A stretch of DNA of 64,000 nt from the NCBI RefSeq assembly GCF_009914755.1, contig NC_060942.1; one strand, 5' to 3'. Source of the stretch: the human T2T-CHM13v2.0 reference genome, Homo sapiens. Below the pieces are notes generated by a model. It was not told where the DNA came from. It searched no databases and saw only the letters and a program-made list of their open reading frames with translations. The translations under genes were made by a program, and so were the position numbers. Below, piece by piece: positions 1-15,463 of this stretch (positions are counted from its first letter, which is position 1; each line of letters starts with the position of its first letter).

Positions 1-924
1 TATGCCCTTATCACTATGAACAACAAACATGCTAATTAGCAATCAATATTCTTAAAGGTCTTTTTACATGTAGAGGGAGGGAATATAGTCTAAGTACTGT
101 TTTCAAAAGTTACTTGTGTTTATCCATTTTTACTTCTTTGTGATGTGTTGCTAACTGGCAACACAATTTGATTCATTGTTTTCTATTTGTGTTCAATTTT
201 AATTTTTTCCTCATTTTTGCTGATTTAATTTTCTTTATAAATATGCAAATGGTCATGTTTCCAAGTCAAAGCTTTGCAAACAAGCACATGCAAAGAAATG
301 TTACGTGGTTCTCCATTCCTTTTCCCATATTTAAAATCATCCTCTGTTGGTAACAAATTTCGTAGTTTCTTATTGCCTTTCTATGTTTTATTTGCAAAAA
401 TGAGGAATACATATGTATAAACACATGCATATATAGATACATAACAGCATGCTACCTTTTTTAAGTTTAACAATATATTTTGGAAATCACAAATCATTAC
501 ATAACAATTTATACATACCAGTCTGTTTTTTGTATTGCTTCATCCTTTGCCAATATTTTAGGTATGAAATTCAGGTTATTTACAATGTTTTGCAATAAAA
601 CATAATGCCATAACCAATAAACTTATGCATATGTATTTTGTACTGTAGAAGATATTTCTTCATGAGAAAATTCTTAGAATTGAGTTTGCTGAGTGTGTCT
701 ATGCAATTTTCTTAGATGTTTCCAAATCCACCTCCACATATATTGAACCATTTTGTTTGCCTGCTAGCTGTGTATAACCCTGTCTACCCACAGCCTTGCC
801 CATACACTGCGCTTTCCATCTGACAAGTGAGAGATGGTATATCGGTATAGTTTTAATTTTCATTTATCTTACGATGGGTGCATTTTTAAGTGTCTGTAAT
901 TATCTTTTTCTTACAGCTTACATT

Positions 925-1548
925 GAATGCATCAGCAAATCCTACTAGACCTATCTTCAAATTTATTCCAAACCGTATTTCTCACCACCTCTACTGCCAA
1001 CATCTTTAATCCAAAGCAGCATGATTACTTACCTACAAGTAATTACTCATCTATGAGTTCCCTCCTAACTGGACTCCCGCTTCCACCCTTTCATCACTAT
1101 AGTATACTCTCAACAAAGCAGTCAAAGTGAACCTTTTAAATTCTGGCGTATTACTACACTCCCTGCTTAAAACTCTCCAGTGGTTTCTTATCACACACAG
1201 CTAACAGCCAAAGTTCTTGTGATAACCCCCAGGGCCCTAAAATCATCTCTGACCTCATTCCATCTGTTCCTCCCTGCCTCCCTCTGCTCTAGACATGCGC
1301 ACTAGGCCTGCTCTGTCCTCAGGGCCCTGCACTGGTCTCCCTCCCACCTAGAACACTCTCACTTCAGAGGTTCAGGTGGCCAAGGATCCACCAGTTGTCT
1401 TTGTTCACACTTCCCTTTCTTGGGGAGGCTTTCAGTGACCTCCCATACACTGAGTTATCTTCCTTTGTCATCTGTTCCCCTGAGAACTGAAAAGCCTATG
1501 AAGGTAGGGAGTGCCTGGTGTTTACCAGGTATTTTTGATTGAATAAAA
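925..1548 (+). mobile_element. L2 (LINE2) 3' region, degraded
   Basis: L2-like motifs (ctcaccacctctactgcc, cctcctaactggactccc, ctgcttaaaactctccagtgg) ending in tttttgattgaataaa. Confidence 0.75.
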
Positions 1549-2023
1549 AACATACAGTGAATACTATATTACTAATAGAGTGAGATTTATTTTATTTTAT
1601 TTGTTTATTTCAGTGACCAGAGAATACTAATATCATAGTTGACATTCCCTAATTACTCAAAAACTGAAAAGAAAGATGGCCTTTAAGGACATTCTTTCCC
1701 ATATTATTAACATCTACAAATATACTCACTGACAAATGTTCCCTCAGTTATGAGCCAGATCCTTGTGAATAACAATGATGAAAATGTCTTTTTTCAATAA
1801 ATAAAAATGTGCATATACATATATATCTGTAAAACATTTATTTTGTATATCATTATATTGACATATATAGATAGTAGTTTGAGTTAATTGAATCAATAGT
1901 AGGATTAAGGATATTTTCATACACCACCTTTGTATAACTTAGATCCTTCTTTAAATGCTCTATTTTAAAAATAATTTTCAATAGATATTTTTTGGAGGAG
2001 GAGTAAATTGACACTTCATCACA

Positions 2024-2162
2024 TAGGGGTGTCCATTCTTTTGGCTTCCCCAGGCCACAGTGGAAGAAGAATTGTCTTAGACCACACACAAAATGCACTA
2101 ACACTAACCATAGCTGACGAGCCAAAAAAAAAAAGAAAAAAATGCAAAAAAAAACCTCATAA
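2024..2162 (+). mobile_element. MER30 (hAT-Charlie MITE), left part
   Basis: aggggtgtccattcttttggcttccccaggccacagtggaagaagaattgtc matches the recalled MER30 5' end. Confidence 0.85.
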
Positions 2163-2163
2163 C

Positions 2164-4418
2164 TTTTTTCTTCAAAAAAATATAAAAACCGGGATACATG
2201 TGCAAAACATGCATGTTTGTTACATAGATAAACATGGGCTGCTACACTATTGACCCGTCCTCTAAGTTCCCTCCCCTGGCCCCCAACCTGCCAACAGACC
2301 CTAGTGTGTGTTGCTCCCTTCTCTGTGTTCATGTGTTCTCATTGTTCAATTCCTACTTATGAGTGAGAACATGCAGTGTTTATTTTTCTGTTCTTGTGTT
2401 AGTTTTCTGAGGATGATGTCTTCCAGCTTCATCTATCTCCCTGAAAAGGACATGATCTCATTTATTTTTATGGCTGCATAGCATTCCTTGGTGTATATGT
2501 AATACATTTTCTTTTTCCAGTTTATCATTGACGGGCATTTGGGTTGGTTCCATGTCTTTGCTATCGTAAATAGTGCTGGAGTAAACATATGTGTGCATGT
2601 GTTTTTATAGTAGAATTATTTATATTTCTTTGGGTATATACCAAGTAATGTGAGTGGTGGGTCAAATGGTATTTCTGGTTCTAGATCCTTGGGAAATCAC
2701 CATACTGTCTTCCACAATGGTTGAAATAATGTATATTCCCACCAACAGTGTAAAAACATTTCCATTTCTCCACAGCCTCGCCAGCGTCTATTGTTTCCTG
2801 ACTTTTTAATAATCACCATTATGAGTGGTGTGAGATGGTAACTCATTGTGGTATTGACTTGCAGCATTTCTCTGATGATCAGTGATGAGCTTTTTTTCAT
2901 GTTTCTTGGCCATATAAATGTCTTCTTTTGAGAAGTCTGTTCATATCCTTTGCCCACTTTTTGATGGGGTTGTTTGTTTCTTGTAAATTTGTTTAAGCTC
3001 CTTGTAAATTCAGGATATTAGACCTTTGTCAGATGAGTAGACTGCAAAAATTTTCTCCCATTCTGTAGATTGCCTGTTCACTCTGATAATAGTTTCTGTT
3101 GCTGTGCACAAGTTCTTTAGTTTAGTTAGATCCCATTTGTCAATTTTGGCTTTCATTGCGATTGGTGTTGGCGTTTTTGTCATGAAGTCTTTGCCCATGC
3201 CTATGTCCTGAATGGTATTGCCTAAGTTTTCTGCTAGAATTTTTATGGTTTGGGGTTTTACATTTAAGTCTTTAATCCATCTTGAGTTAATTTTTGTATA
3301 AGGTATAAGGAAGGGATTCAGTTTCAGTTTTCTGCGTATGGCTAGCCAGTTTTCCCAGCACCATTTATTGAATAGGAGATTGTTTCCCCATTGCTTTTTT
3401 TTGTCTGGTTTGTTGAAGGTCAGATGGTTCTAGATGTGTGGTGTTATTTCTGATGTATCTGTTCCACTCCATTGGTCAATATGTCTGTTTTGGTACCAGT
3501 ATCATGCTGTTTTGGTTACTGTAGCCTTGTAGTATAGTTGGAAGTCAGGTAGCGTGATGCCTCTAACTTTGTTCTTTTTGATTCAGATTGTCTTGGCTAT
3601 ATGGGGTCTTCTTTGATTCCATAAAAAACTATTTAAAAATTTTTTTTCTAATTCTGTGAATAATTTCAATGGTAGTTTGATGGGAATAGCATTGAATCTA
3701 TACATTACTTTGGGTGGTATGGCCATTTTCATGATATTAGTTCTTCCCGTCCATGAGAATGGAATTTTTGTTTATTTGTTTGTGTCCTCTCTTATTTCGT
3801 TGAGCAGTGGTTTGTAGTTCTCCTTGAAGAGGTCCTTCACATCTCTTGTTAGCTGTATTCTTAGGTATTTTATTGCCTTTGTAGAGATTGTAAATGAGAG
3901 TTCATTCATGATTTGGCTCTCTGCTTGTCTATTGTTGGTATAAATGAATGCTTGTGATTTTTTCACATTGATTTTATATCTTGAGACTTTGTTGAAGTTG
4001 CTTATCAGTTTAAGGAGTTTTTGGGCTGAGATGATGGGGTTTTCTGAATATAAAATCATGTCGTCTGCAAACAGAGACATTTTGACTTCCTTTCTTCCTA
4101 TTTGAATACACTTTACTTCTTTCTCTTGCCTGATTGCCCTGGCAAGAACTTCCAATACCATGTTGAATAGAAGTGGTGAGAGAGGGCATCCTTATCTTCT
4201 ACTGGTTTTCAAAGAGAATGCTTCCAGCTATTGCCCATTCAATTTGATATTGGCTGTGGGTTTGTCATAAATAGCTCTTATTATTTTGAGATATTTTCCA
4301 TCAACACGTAGTTTATTGAGAGTTTTAAACATGAAGTGATGCTGAATTTTATCAAAGGCCTTTTCTGCATCTATTGAGATAATCATGTCGTTTTTGTCTT
4401 TGGTTCTGTTTATGTGAT
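2164..4418 (-). mobile_element. 5'-truncated L1PA (about PA8-PA10): 3' UTR plus decayed ORF2 RT/C-terminus
   Basis: ORFs 3772-4161 ([10 protein letters not shown]), 3010-3198 ([12 protein letters not shown]), 2697-2957 (HCWWEY..QPLWKTVW) and part of 4228-4575 ([13 protein letters not shown]) are L1 ORF2 pieces; T-rich tail at 2164. Confidence 0.95.
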
Positions 4419-4523
4419 GAAAATCCCATAATATTCTAAGAAAGTTTACGAATTCGTATTGGGTCACATTCAAAGCTGTCCTGGCCTGCATGCGACCTGA
4501 GGGCCATGGGTTGGACAAGCTTG
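4419..4523 (+). mobile_element. MER30, right part
   Basis: aagaaagtttacgaattcgtattgggtcacattcaaagctgtcctggcc...gggttggacaagcttg matches the MER30 3' end. Confidence 0.85.
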
Positions 4524-4830
4524 ACACAGGTGGAAACTCCTGCAGTTGGTAATTTATGTATTTATTTGTAGACATTCTGCCAGTATTGACAACATTATAT
4601 ATTGTGTAAACCTTCCCTCTGCATTTAAAATGTCATTTATATAGTTCTATTATTGGGTCCTATATTCTGTTTTATAAGTATATTTGTCACTTTTTAAAAG
4701 AATACCTCTCTGTTTTAATTGCTGTTATTTTAAAGTACATGTTGATAATCTCTAATCTGGGCTCTAACCTTTCTGTTCAAAAATTTTTGGCTACTTCCAT
4801 AGACTTACGCTTTCAACTGGACTTAAAAAA

Positions 4831-5137
4831 TTATTTATTTTTTCTTTAATTTACAGACTAGATCTCACTTTGTTGCATAGGCTGGAGTGCAGTGACTGAA
4901 TCACAGCTAACTGCTGCCTGGAACTCCTGGCCTCAAGGGATCCTCCCATCTCAGCCTCTTCGGTAGCTAGAACTGCAAGTGCACAACATTATGCTCAGCT
5001 AACTTACTTTTATTTTTTGCAGAGATGGAGGTCTCGCCAGTTTGTGAGGTTGGTCTCAAACTCCTGGGCTCAAGTGATCTTTGCCCTTAGCCTCACAAAG
5101 TGCTGAGTTTACAGGCATGAGCCATCATACTCCAGCC
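4831..5137 (-). mobile_element. AluJ
   Basis: Diverged dimeric Alu (gctggagtgcagtg, aactcctgggctcaagtgat) with T-rich tail on the left. Confidence 0.9.
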
Positions 5138-6647
5138 TAAAGACTTTTTAAAAAATCTAATTCCAATAAGAATATTTAGGATTTTCATTATAAATGCTTT
5201 AAAATATTTATTACTTTGGGAGCAATTAATGGCTTTATAATATTGAATCTTCATATTTATAAACATAGATTATTATTTAGTCCTTAAAAATATTATAAAC
5301 TACTATTTGTTACTTGGTAGCTTCCTGAAAAGTTTTCAGTCATTTTTTTCTTACATAGGGCTCTGATGCAGTTGCTAAGTTTCTACTATTTTTTCCCCAG
5401 TTTTCTCAATCCTGCAGGTCATTCCCATTGTCCATTCATTTAAAGAAAATAGTTGTTAATAGCTAATACTAACTAAGGTTCTACTAAGCCCAAGGAGTGA
5501 AGGAACTAGTGCCTAGTCATGGGCTTTTTACTAAACAAATATTATAAATGAATGTCTACATGGCAACTTATAAAAGAGAGTAGAGAGCTCATAGTTCAAA
5601 CCATGCATTCCATTGCAAAGGCAGATAAGGCCTGGATGTAAAAGGTAGAGTTGAACAGCACATCTAAGTAACACCAAAGGCAAACTTTCTCCATTTTTTA
5701 AGGGAAGGGTTGAAAGTAGCTAATATCTCTTTACTATGATAGGAAAATCCCAAAGATGTTTTTGTTCTGAGTTGAAACAAGTTCTAAGTGGAGTTGTTAT
5801 TCACACTTTATTAAAAAGATGAAGGATGGAAATGTGCAATATACGATTCAGGAGGGAAAGGTCAATTAAAGGATTTAGGAATAAAAAAATAATAGTTTGG
5901 AAATAGACCAAAAAAAAGCCTAATCTGAAAGCTAAACCAAGATGCCAAAAACAGATGTTGAAAAACCATTTTGAATTAATTAGGAAGATCAGCCAAAAGC
6001 AAAAAAAATTAACATTGACACTTGGAGTTGAAACTTCTAAAAATCTGTATGTGTGTTGTGCCTGTGTGTATTGCAAATGAATATAGATGATGAAATACTT
6101 CAATATATAGTAAAAAGATTTTCTAGATATTTTAGATACTGCCATCTCACCAAATCAAAAACTCCAGTGGATACCATGAAGTGCAGGTATTGTTTATAAG
6201 TATAACAACAAAACTAAAATTGTAAGGAATGGTGAATACAATATCCAGAAAATTTCAAGTGCCATGATATTTGATATTAAATTAGTGGTTAAACACAAAA
6301 TGCAAAAACTTTTCTATCTTATTATTTGCCAAAAATAAGATGGTTTACTGATTTACTATTTAAGGTATGGGAACTAATTGCAAGTCTAAGTCTAATAAGG
6401 AAAATTAAATTATAAATTAAATCTTCTAAGTCCAAGGGAAATAAAGTGGTTATTGATTTAAAAAATTAACTCAAAATTAACCCTCTTTTTCCTAAAGGAG
6501 AAAAAAACAGCATTGGAGTCATCCTAGAAATATCTAAAAAGAACAACTTTTCTGATGACTACATCAGATCCCTTAATAAAAAATATAAGAACAAAATCAT
6601 CTGTCATACTAAAGCCATGTGTACATTTGTAGAACCTTCCCCATACT

Positions 6648-6803
6648 TAGAAGTTTTCAGCTCTGACGTCACATTAGAATTACCTGGAGTGTTTTTTAAA
6701 AATACTAATGCCCAGGACTCATCTCAGACAAATTAAATCAGAATTTGGGGTAGGTCCAGGCATGAGTAATTTTCAAAAGCTCCCTAGTTAATTCCAACGT
6801 GCA
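6648..6803. mobile_element. MER5A/B-like hAT element
   Basis: cacattagaattacctggag...aaaaatactaatgcccagg...aattaaatcagaat...aaagctccctag. Confidence 0.7.
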
Positions 6804-8554
6804 TCCTCTGTAGAGGTACATTGATCTGGGGTAGGAGATAGTTTAGGCATAGTCAGTAAAATCCTGGAGTTTATGAGAGTCAGCTTCTCTCTCTTCATTT
6901 TAGTTAAAAAGCTTGCATATCATAAATAGATGGTAAACTGTTTACATGGATCCTTCTTCAAAGTAGCCCACTCAACAATAGAGTTGGAAGAAAGTGCACT
7001 GATTAAAACCATTCATTCAGTGAATATTTCCTGAAGACTCACTCTATTCCTGGTACTATTTTTGTGTAGTGGAGTTTAGTGGAGAACAGATTTTACCTTT
7101 GGTAAACGCAGTCTGCAAGGGAAAACAGTCAATGAAACGTTCCATGACAAAAAAGTTATGAAGCTTTTAGTCCTCAAAGATGTGATCAGAAAGCAGTCAC
7201 TTCAACACACAGTCTGTGTTAAGTACTAGAAAACTTAGAACAGTTAACCATGCTTTGATGATATAAGTGAGATTTTCATAAAAAGTGTAAGTGGAAGATG
7301 AACATTTTTCTCCCTCTCTGTTGTTTCTGCCTTGCCCCGCCAAGCTGATCTTCTTTTAGAGTTTCAGGAGGAAGAGTGAGTAGCTGTTTGATAGGCTTGG
7401 GGTGAAGGATGAGCATTTGTGGCTTAACACATTCTTTTCTCTTTCAGGTTTTTTCTTATTAAAGAAAGCATATGTTACGTCCTGCTCTTCCTCCACCTCG
7501 CAAAAGTCACCTGAGTCAGGTCCAAGTCTGTCTTCTTGTAAAGGGTTTGGGCACCTTTTTCTCTGAGTTCTCTAAGCACTAACCAGTGTGAGAAAGTGAG
7601 TGTGCAACGTCTCCATTCTGTAGACCCAACTCAACATTGTATGTGCTATCACAAGGCCTAGGCCTGGGTAACAGTGAGGAAGCTTGAAGATGACTTTCTA
7701 TTCTACCCATAGTTTTTAGTCCAGCCTTACCATTAATTAGGTTGATAGCCTGATCATTGAATACAATATTTGAATCTCCTATTTCTTCCTGGTATTATAG
7801 AGTTTTGTTGGGAAAATCAGAAGAGTACAAAAGCATAATTAATTATTATCCTTAGAAGTTCATCAATAATAATACAAAAGGATTTAAATAGCCACAATTC
7901 TGGGGAAAAAAAAAAAGAAACAAGAATTCATCACCTTTCTACTGAAAGGTCGAAGAGACCAAGTGGCCTAATTTCAGATGACTATCCCAGTTCCATAGAT
8001 ACAAATATCCCCAGAGTGGAAAAGGCCAATTCATGAGGAAACCAGCACTGTAGATTAACACTAGAAAATCTATCCATCTTCTGCTACCCAATTTTTGTTC
8101 ACTAGAGAACATACTATTTTGTAAATTGATCACCTTATCAGATCTTAACAGGAAGGACATATTTTTTCACATGTGAAGTGAATTTTTAAATTGTTATTTC
8201 CAAAAAATTTTCTATAGCTTTTTCTGATGCAAAGCCACAGAATCCATCTTTGGATAAAGCTTTATTGTTTTTGAGGATAAAGGGAGAAATGTGCTCCTGG
8301 ATTATGCAAAGACTAGGCAAAAGTAGCCAAGCATTTTGTTAAAACGCTTTGATATGATGGGTCCTTTTGTATAAACAAAGAGAAAAAAGCTACCATGTAG
8401 AATTAATCATTTTGTATCTTTTTAAGTGAAGCATTATTAATAGAGTTGAACCCATGTTATGCCTTTCTGAATCACTTTATTTCCTTCTAGTCTAAGAGTT
8501 TTATAGTTTCCTTTCATGTTTGTCAATTTTTATTAGAAATGTTCCTATGTTGCT

Positions 8555-8942
8555 GTATGGTAAACGCACCTGATAGCAGTAACTTCAGCATACCCTGAGA
8601 ATGACCCTGTATGGCACAGGCACCTGAATGTGTGTTTCTAGCTGGGGAATTCTGGAATGGCCAATCCAGACAATCAATCCTTGTCTATGAGGGACATCCG
8701 AGCCTCCAGCCCATGCCATGGAATGCAGGCCCTATAGTCCCCCCTGCCGCCCCCTACCCCGTATTTTAAGTTGCATGAAGGTGGCCAGGTGGAAGTTGTT
8801 AGGAAAAAGGGTGTTAAAAGAAAGTTCTGTATAAACAGCATGTCTTTTGTAAGTGGTTGCAGTCTTCCTGTTCAGGCCACTGCCACTGCGCTCTCTACCC
8901 TATATGTAAGCTCCAATAAAACTCCATGTCTCATTTGCTGGC
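8555..8942 (+). mobile_element. LTR47-like ERVL LTR, 3'-truncated
   Basis: agcataccctgagaatgaccctgtatggc...gcacctgaatgtgtg; TATA-like tataaa and aataaa present. Confidence 0.8.
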
Positions 8943-9039
8943 AGAGCATCCCTAATCATGGTACAGATTAATGAGTTTAAAGCAAAGAGGAATTTGCTGA
9001 ACACCTGGTAAAATGTAATACTTCAACGAGAATCACCCT

Positions 9040-10250
9040 TCCCCAAAATAAGGAAAAAAAGAAACTATATAAGTATTAGAAAAAATAAGATAATTATCTT
9101 GTATCCATAATTCATAATTAAGAAATAAAACTCAGAAGCCATAAAATCACATATGCAATCATATATTAATATGTAAATATAATAATCAATATAAATAATA
9201 TCAAAATTAGAATGATAAATATTTTTTCAAATAAAAAATATTTGCAACAAGCATCTCAAATAACTACTTTCCTTAAAATATAAATAGCTTCTACAAATCG
9301 ACATGAAAAAGCCTATTTTTAAAAATGTGGACAAATTATCTGAACTGGCAGTTCACAAAAGAGGAAATGCATATTTCTGAGGCAGGCAAATAGGGCCTGG
9401 AGGCAGGGAACCTAAAGACTTCCTAGAACTAAATTAAATGGAAAAACCCTAACTTTCTAACCCCAAGTAAATAACTTTGTAACTTCACTTCAGCTATGCC
9501 AAGAAACATCCTCTTCATTTGCATAGGGTGTACACCAAGTAAATAACTTTGTAGCTTCACTTCAACCTCTTCATTTACATAGGGTTTACACCAAGTAACC
9601 AGTGGGAAACCTTTAGAGGGTATTTAAACCCCAAACAATTCTGTAACCCGTGCTCTTGGGCCACTTGCTTGAGCCAGCTCACACTCTGTGGAGTGTGCTT
9701 TTATTTTAATAAATCTGTGCTTTTCTTTCATTGCTTTGTGTGTTTTGTACAATTATTTGTTCAAAATGACAAGAATCTGGATACCTTCCTCCGGTAACAT
9801 TTCTCTTAAATATGTACACAATGTTCAAACTCACTTAAAATTTAAAACTATACTAAAATATCAGATTATTGAAAGTTTGATAAAACACTGTTGATAAAGA
9901 GAGAGACAAACAGGCAATATAATGGAGATAAATCTACACACCCTGCCATACTTAAGAGATTCGCCTTTACAAAAAAAAAGCATTTATGACTTTTAAGGAG
10001 AAAATTTCATTACTGTTAATAAAAAAGTTATACATAGAACACTATGTATATTATTGCTCCATTTTTGTTTTTAAAGGGGAAATATATTTATAAATATGCT
10101 CATATTTTTATAGAATATCGCTTAAACTGAATACAGGAAGGCTTATTAAAAACTGTTGCTTCTGGAGAAGGTAAGTGGTTGCACTGGAAACAGAATGAGA
10201 GAAACTTCACTATATACCTTTCACATGATATTCAAAAATGAAATAAAAAT
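9040..10250 (+). mobile_element. Old L1M/L1ME fragments (interrupted by the MER61 LTR)
   Basis: A-rich degraded L1-like motifs (aaaatatttgcaac, gcagttcacaaaagaggaaat). Confidence 0.45.
9378..9799 (+). mobile_element. Complete MER61-family (ERV1) solo LTR
   Basis: TG...CA termini, 4-bp TSD tttc (9374-9377 / 9800-9803), gggtatttaaacccc TATA region, aataaa; inserted in old L1M sequence. Confidence 0.85.
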
Positions 10251-11479
10251 AATATTGGTGCAGAACACCCATAGTTCGTTTGGTAGTACCTTTCATTCTC
10301 CTCACAGGGCCACTTTTTGATTAGGATCATTTTCATTTATTTCTCTCATCCATGCTTTATTCAGTCAGGAAAGTAGGAAAGATACAGAAAGTAGAATGGC
10401 GTTGTTCTTCAGAAATAAATGTCAATGTCAAGCAATTACACTGTTACACAGTGATTCACATAATTGAACCGATCTGAAATGGTATGATACTTCTCCACAG
10501 ACAGATAATACACATTGATGTTAATGGTAAATATTTATTAGATTTTCAATATCTGAAGTGTGTTATTTAGAGTATTGGTGCATTACATACTATTGACCTT
10601 CGTTCCAAATTTTTATTTTTACCTGAGAGTTTTATTTGGGAGTATTGACATTCTTAGGTATGTGAAGAATAATAATAATAATAATAACTATAATAGGGAT
10701 AATTTGAAGCCATAAGAAATTTGTCGAGCTCATAAAGCAATATTACATTTTTCAAGCCAGTTACATTTGGCACCATTAATATTCAAATCTCTAAACCACA
10801 CTTTCTATCTGTCTAATAACAAATAAAATCGTTATACTTAAGATAATAATCAGATTTGTAGCTACTTCAGCCATTTATAAATAAGCCACAAACCCAGAAA
10901 TGAGTTCCTAGAAGAGATTTATCCCATTTTGCTTCACTGAGGGGGCTCACATCAATGTGCTGCTTTCAAGGACTTATACATACCAAATAATTAAAATAGC
11001 TATCAGAAGTCCTTATCCCATTACAAACGGTGCCCTATGAATTTTGTATACAAGCAGTGTTGTCTGGTAATGACCTCAGGAGCACTGTCTGGGTTGCCTG
11101 GCATGAACTTGCTAAGCTGGAAAAATGGGGCTCCGCTTTCCAGGAAGAGAAGCCATTCCTGACCTCAGCTTGGAGGGGAAAAATGTCTCAGTTCTTCAAA
11201 ATTTCCAGGTATTTCCGCCAGCTCCCCTAACCTGCCCTGAATAGTTGTTTATCTCCAATTTTTTGTTGCCATAGCAGTCTGCTTGTCCCTGAGTCCCATA
11301 AGCTCACTCTTGTGCTTTCTTCATTAAAAACCAAACAAATCAACAATGAGGAGAGACTTTTCTCTGCTGGAATCATTTTGGAAAATCCGTTTCACTGTGT
11401 GGCTAGCTGTGTCCTAGACCACATACAAATCTCCAAAGGATTCCAAGAGGACTTCTTCTACTCTATGAATTTCTGTTTC

Positions 11480-11660
11480 AAATCCTGGTATTGCTCAGAC
11501 CTCTTCCTTGACACATTATCTCATTTAATCCTTATACCAACTCAGTGATATAGCTGCTATGATCATTCTCATTTTACAGATGAGAAAAATGAGTCATGGA
11601 ATACAGTATAGTAGTAAAGATCACACAATCAGCTAATTATAAAGTTTATTTTTGAGCAGA
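11480..11660 (-). mobile_element. MIR
   Basis: attatctcatttaatcct...cattttacagatgagaaaaatgag core. Confidence 0.75.
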
Positions 11661-13574
11661 GATTCATCGGTTAATCCTTAATTTCTAATTTGCATGACCA
11701 TTTTCATGGTTGTCATTTGCTATATGTTGTCAATAAATCAGTAAATAGCTGACAGAATAATCCTAAGATACCTATCGAAAATAGAACTTTTGAAATGAAA
11801 ATATATATGCTACAGCTTTATTGCATGCTAGCTCTTTTAAATATGCTTGTTCAATCTTCATAAATTTTTCCTACAATACATTTTTAAAAAGCTGTCACAG
11901 GTCTTCTCACAGGTCTGGAATGTAACCATATCCTATAGCAAGCTCATTTTGCTTCTCTTTAAATATGACTGTCTAGACATATTTACCTTCCTCATTTTGG
12001 GTTTTTAATAAATTGTTCTCGAATAACCAGAGGTTATTACTTGCCTAGATATTACCTCAGGATACCTTCCAGATTATGATGTTCAGTATTTTATTCCCAA
12101 GCAAAGAGGAAACTTTCTTTGCCTCTAAAAAGCAATTTTGAATATTCAATCCTGATTTACTCATTCTCCACACCTTTGTCCCTTAAAACTTTCTTGATAG
12201 AAGAGGATCATAGGAAACTATGTTTCTGTAAGTTCACACTCATTTTTTAAAGGAGAGTTTAAACTCCTAAATTAGTAAATATTGATAGCTTTGTATTGAA
12301 TTTGTCTGAATATTGAAGAAATTTTATAGCATCATGACTCAGAATAATTCTCGATCTTACAGGTCCATGAAATAAGGTTTTTCAATCATGGGAAAGCAGC
12401 TACTGTCATGAAATAATTCCAGTTGTGTATTGAAAATTTTGCACATGAGTAAGATATTTCCTTTCGTAGGTATCAACGTATTTTATCTTGCACTGTGATA
12501 TTGAGTAACAATTTTAGAAATACTTCTTTTATTCAATGGGAATCTCACAATAACCACTAGTTCCCCAAGACATTAGGTTTTATTTGCAATTTGATTGCTG
12601 CTTAAGAAAACCCAGCTCCCTGCTTCTGAAATCACTTCCAATGTATTAATAGAAGTTATCCTCACCATACTGTGATTTTGTTATGTTATATATATTTACA
12701 AATAACATGAGAAATGGAGTAGAAGGATGTTCTTGCTAAATGATTTTAAAGTTTCTAACAGTTCAGCCATAGCCACTTTCTAGATTATATGTATCATCTA
12801 AAATTGCAAGTCATTTTTTGATCACCTACATTTTATACATTGGTTTGTTTCTCAAAATATAGCATTTTTTAATAAAAGGACTATTTTTCTTGGGGAAAAT
12901 GGGAGCATGCAATAAGAACACAACAAAAACAAACAGAGATTCATAAGGATGTGTTTCTATCTACTGTGTAAATAAGGAGACTGAAACACACTCTGTGCAT
13001 TGGAGATGACATTCCGTGTGGTTTGATCGTAGGTAGGATAAAGATACCAGCTGATTGCAATCAGCTGTAGCTTGCTGAGGAATTCTGGGGCTTCCTCAGG
13101 GTGTGTTTTAGCCTGTCAATTCTACTGGGTGTCTTTATACAAGACTCATCTTCCTTATGTGTACAGTGGGCATAAAAATCCCCATTTCATTATTTTGAAG
13201 ATTAAGTAGCAAATGAGAAGTACTCAGTGCAAAACCTGTCCTGTAATAGTAAATAAACCAAAGCTATCTTCCTTCATCAGTCACTTCATGTTCTTAAGTA
13301 GAACTCAAACTTATTTTGTTCTTGTTACATTTTGCCAGTGATTGTTCTTTCTCTTTAATTTGCATCAAATTTTTCAGATTAGCTGAAACTAAAGTAAAGC
13401 TTCTCTGAGTAAATATAAGCTTTAACTTATTGAGCTGTGTCTCTTTTGTAAGACTTCCAATACTTGTTTAACTTTGAATGCATGTCTGTGGTTATAAATA
13501 TCTAAATACATATGAGCATGTGTGAACAGATTTATATATACTGCTATGGTCGTTACCAGGAAGTGAAGGGAACA

Positions 13575-14925
<1,351 letters not shown>

Positions 14926-15463
14926 TTGAAATTATGTAGTTGTGTGATTATAACACAAGGAACAATGTTACTGTCACATTTTTCCCAGAGAAGAGTTGTT
15001 GCAAATATGTACAAACATATATATACAGATAAAATTAGAATTTATATAGCAAGACATAAGATACAGATTTATTTTGTATTTTTGTGCATTGTAATCTATT
15101 TCAATTTTTCTTTAAAAACAATTATTTATAGTGTAATTCAGTAAAAGTGTTTTTTAAAGAATATATGGACTCACATTTAGGAAAAATAAATTATTTTAAA
15201 GACTATTGGCAAAACTTAATAAATTATGCTTACCTTATATATGAGGTCCTCACAGCTATCTATTATTTTGAATTTCAACCAAATATAAATGTCATGAATA
15301 TAATCAGAGGCATTGGCCTTGATCGCAAACTATGCCTGGGAGTCTGTCCCTCAAAGTAATAGTTTCTAATGATTAACTTTAATCTCTACATTTTACTGAT
15401 AAAATTTGTAAATGTACAACACATTTGCTAATGTGGCAAGTACATTACTTTTTGTTACAAATT

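Noticed and set aside
2697-4575. Reverse-transcriptase-like ORFs as a novel RT system
   Set aside because: Frameshifted, 5'-truncated L1 ORF2 remnants; no ORF1, endonuclease or promoter
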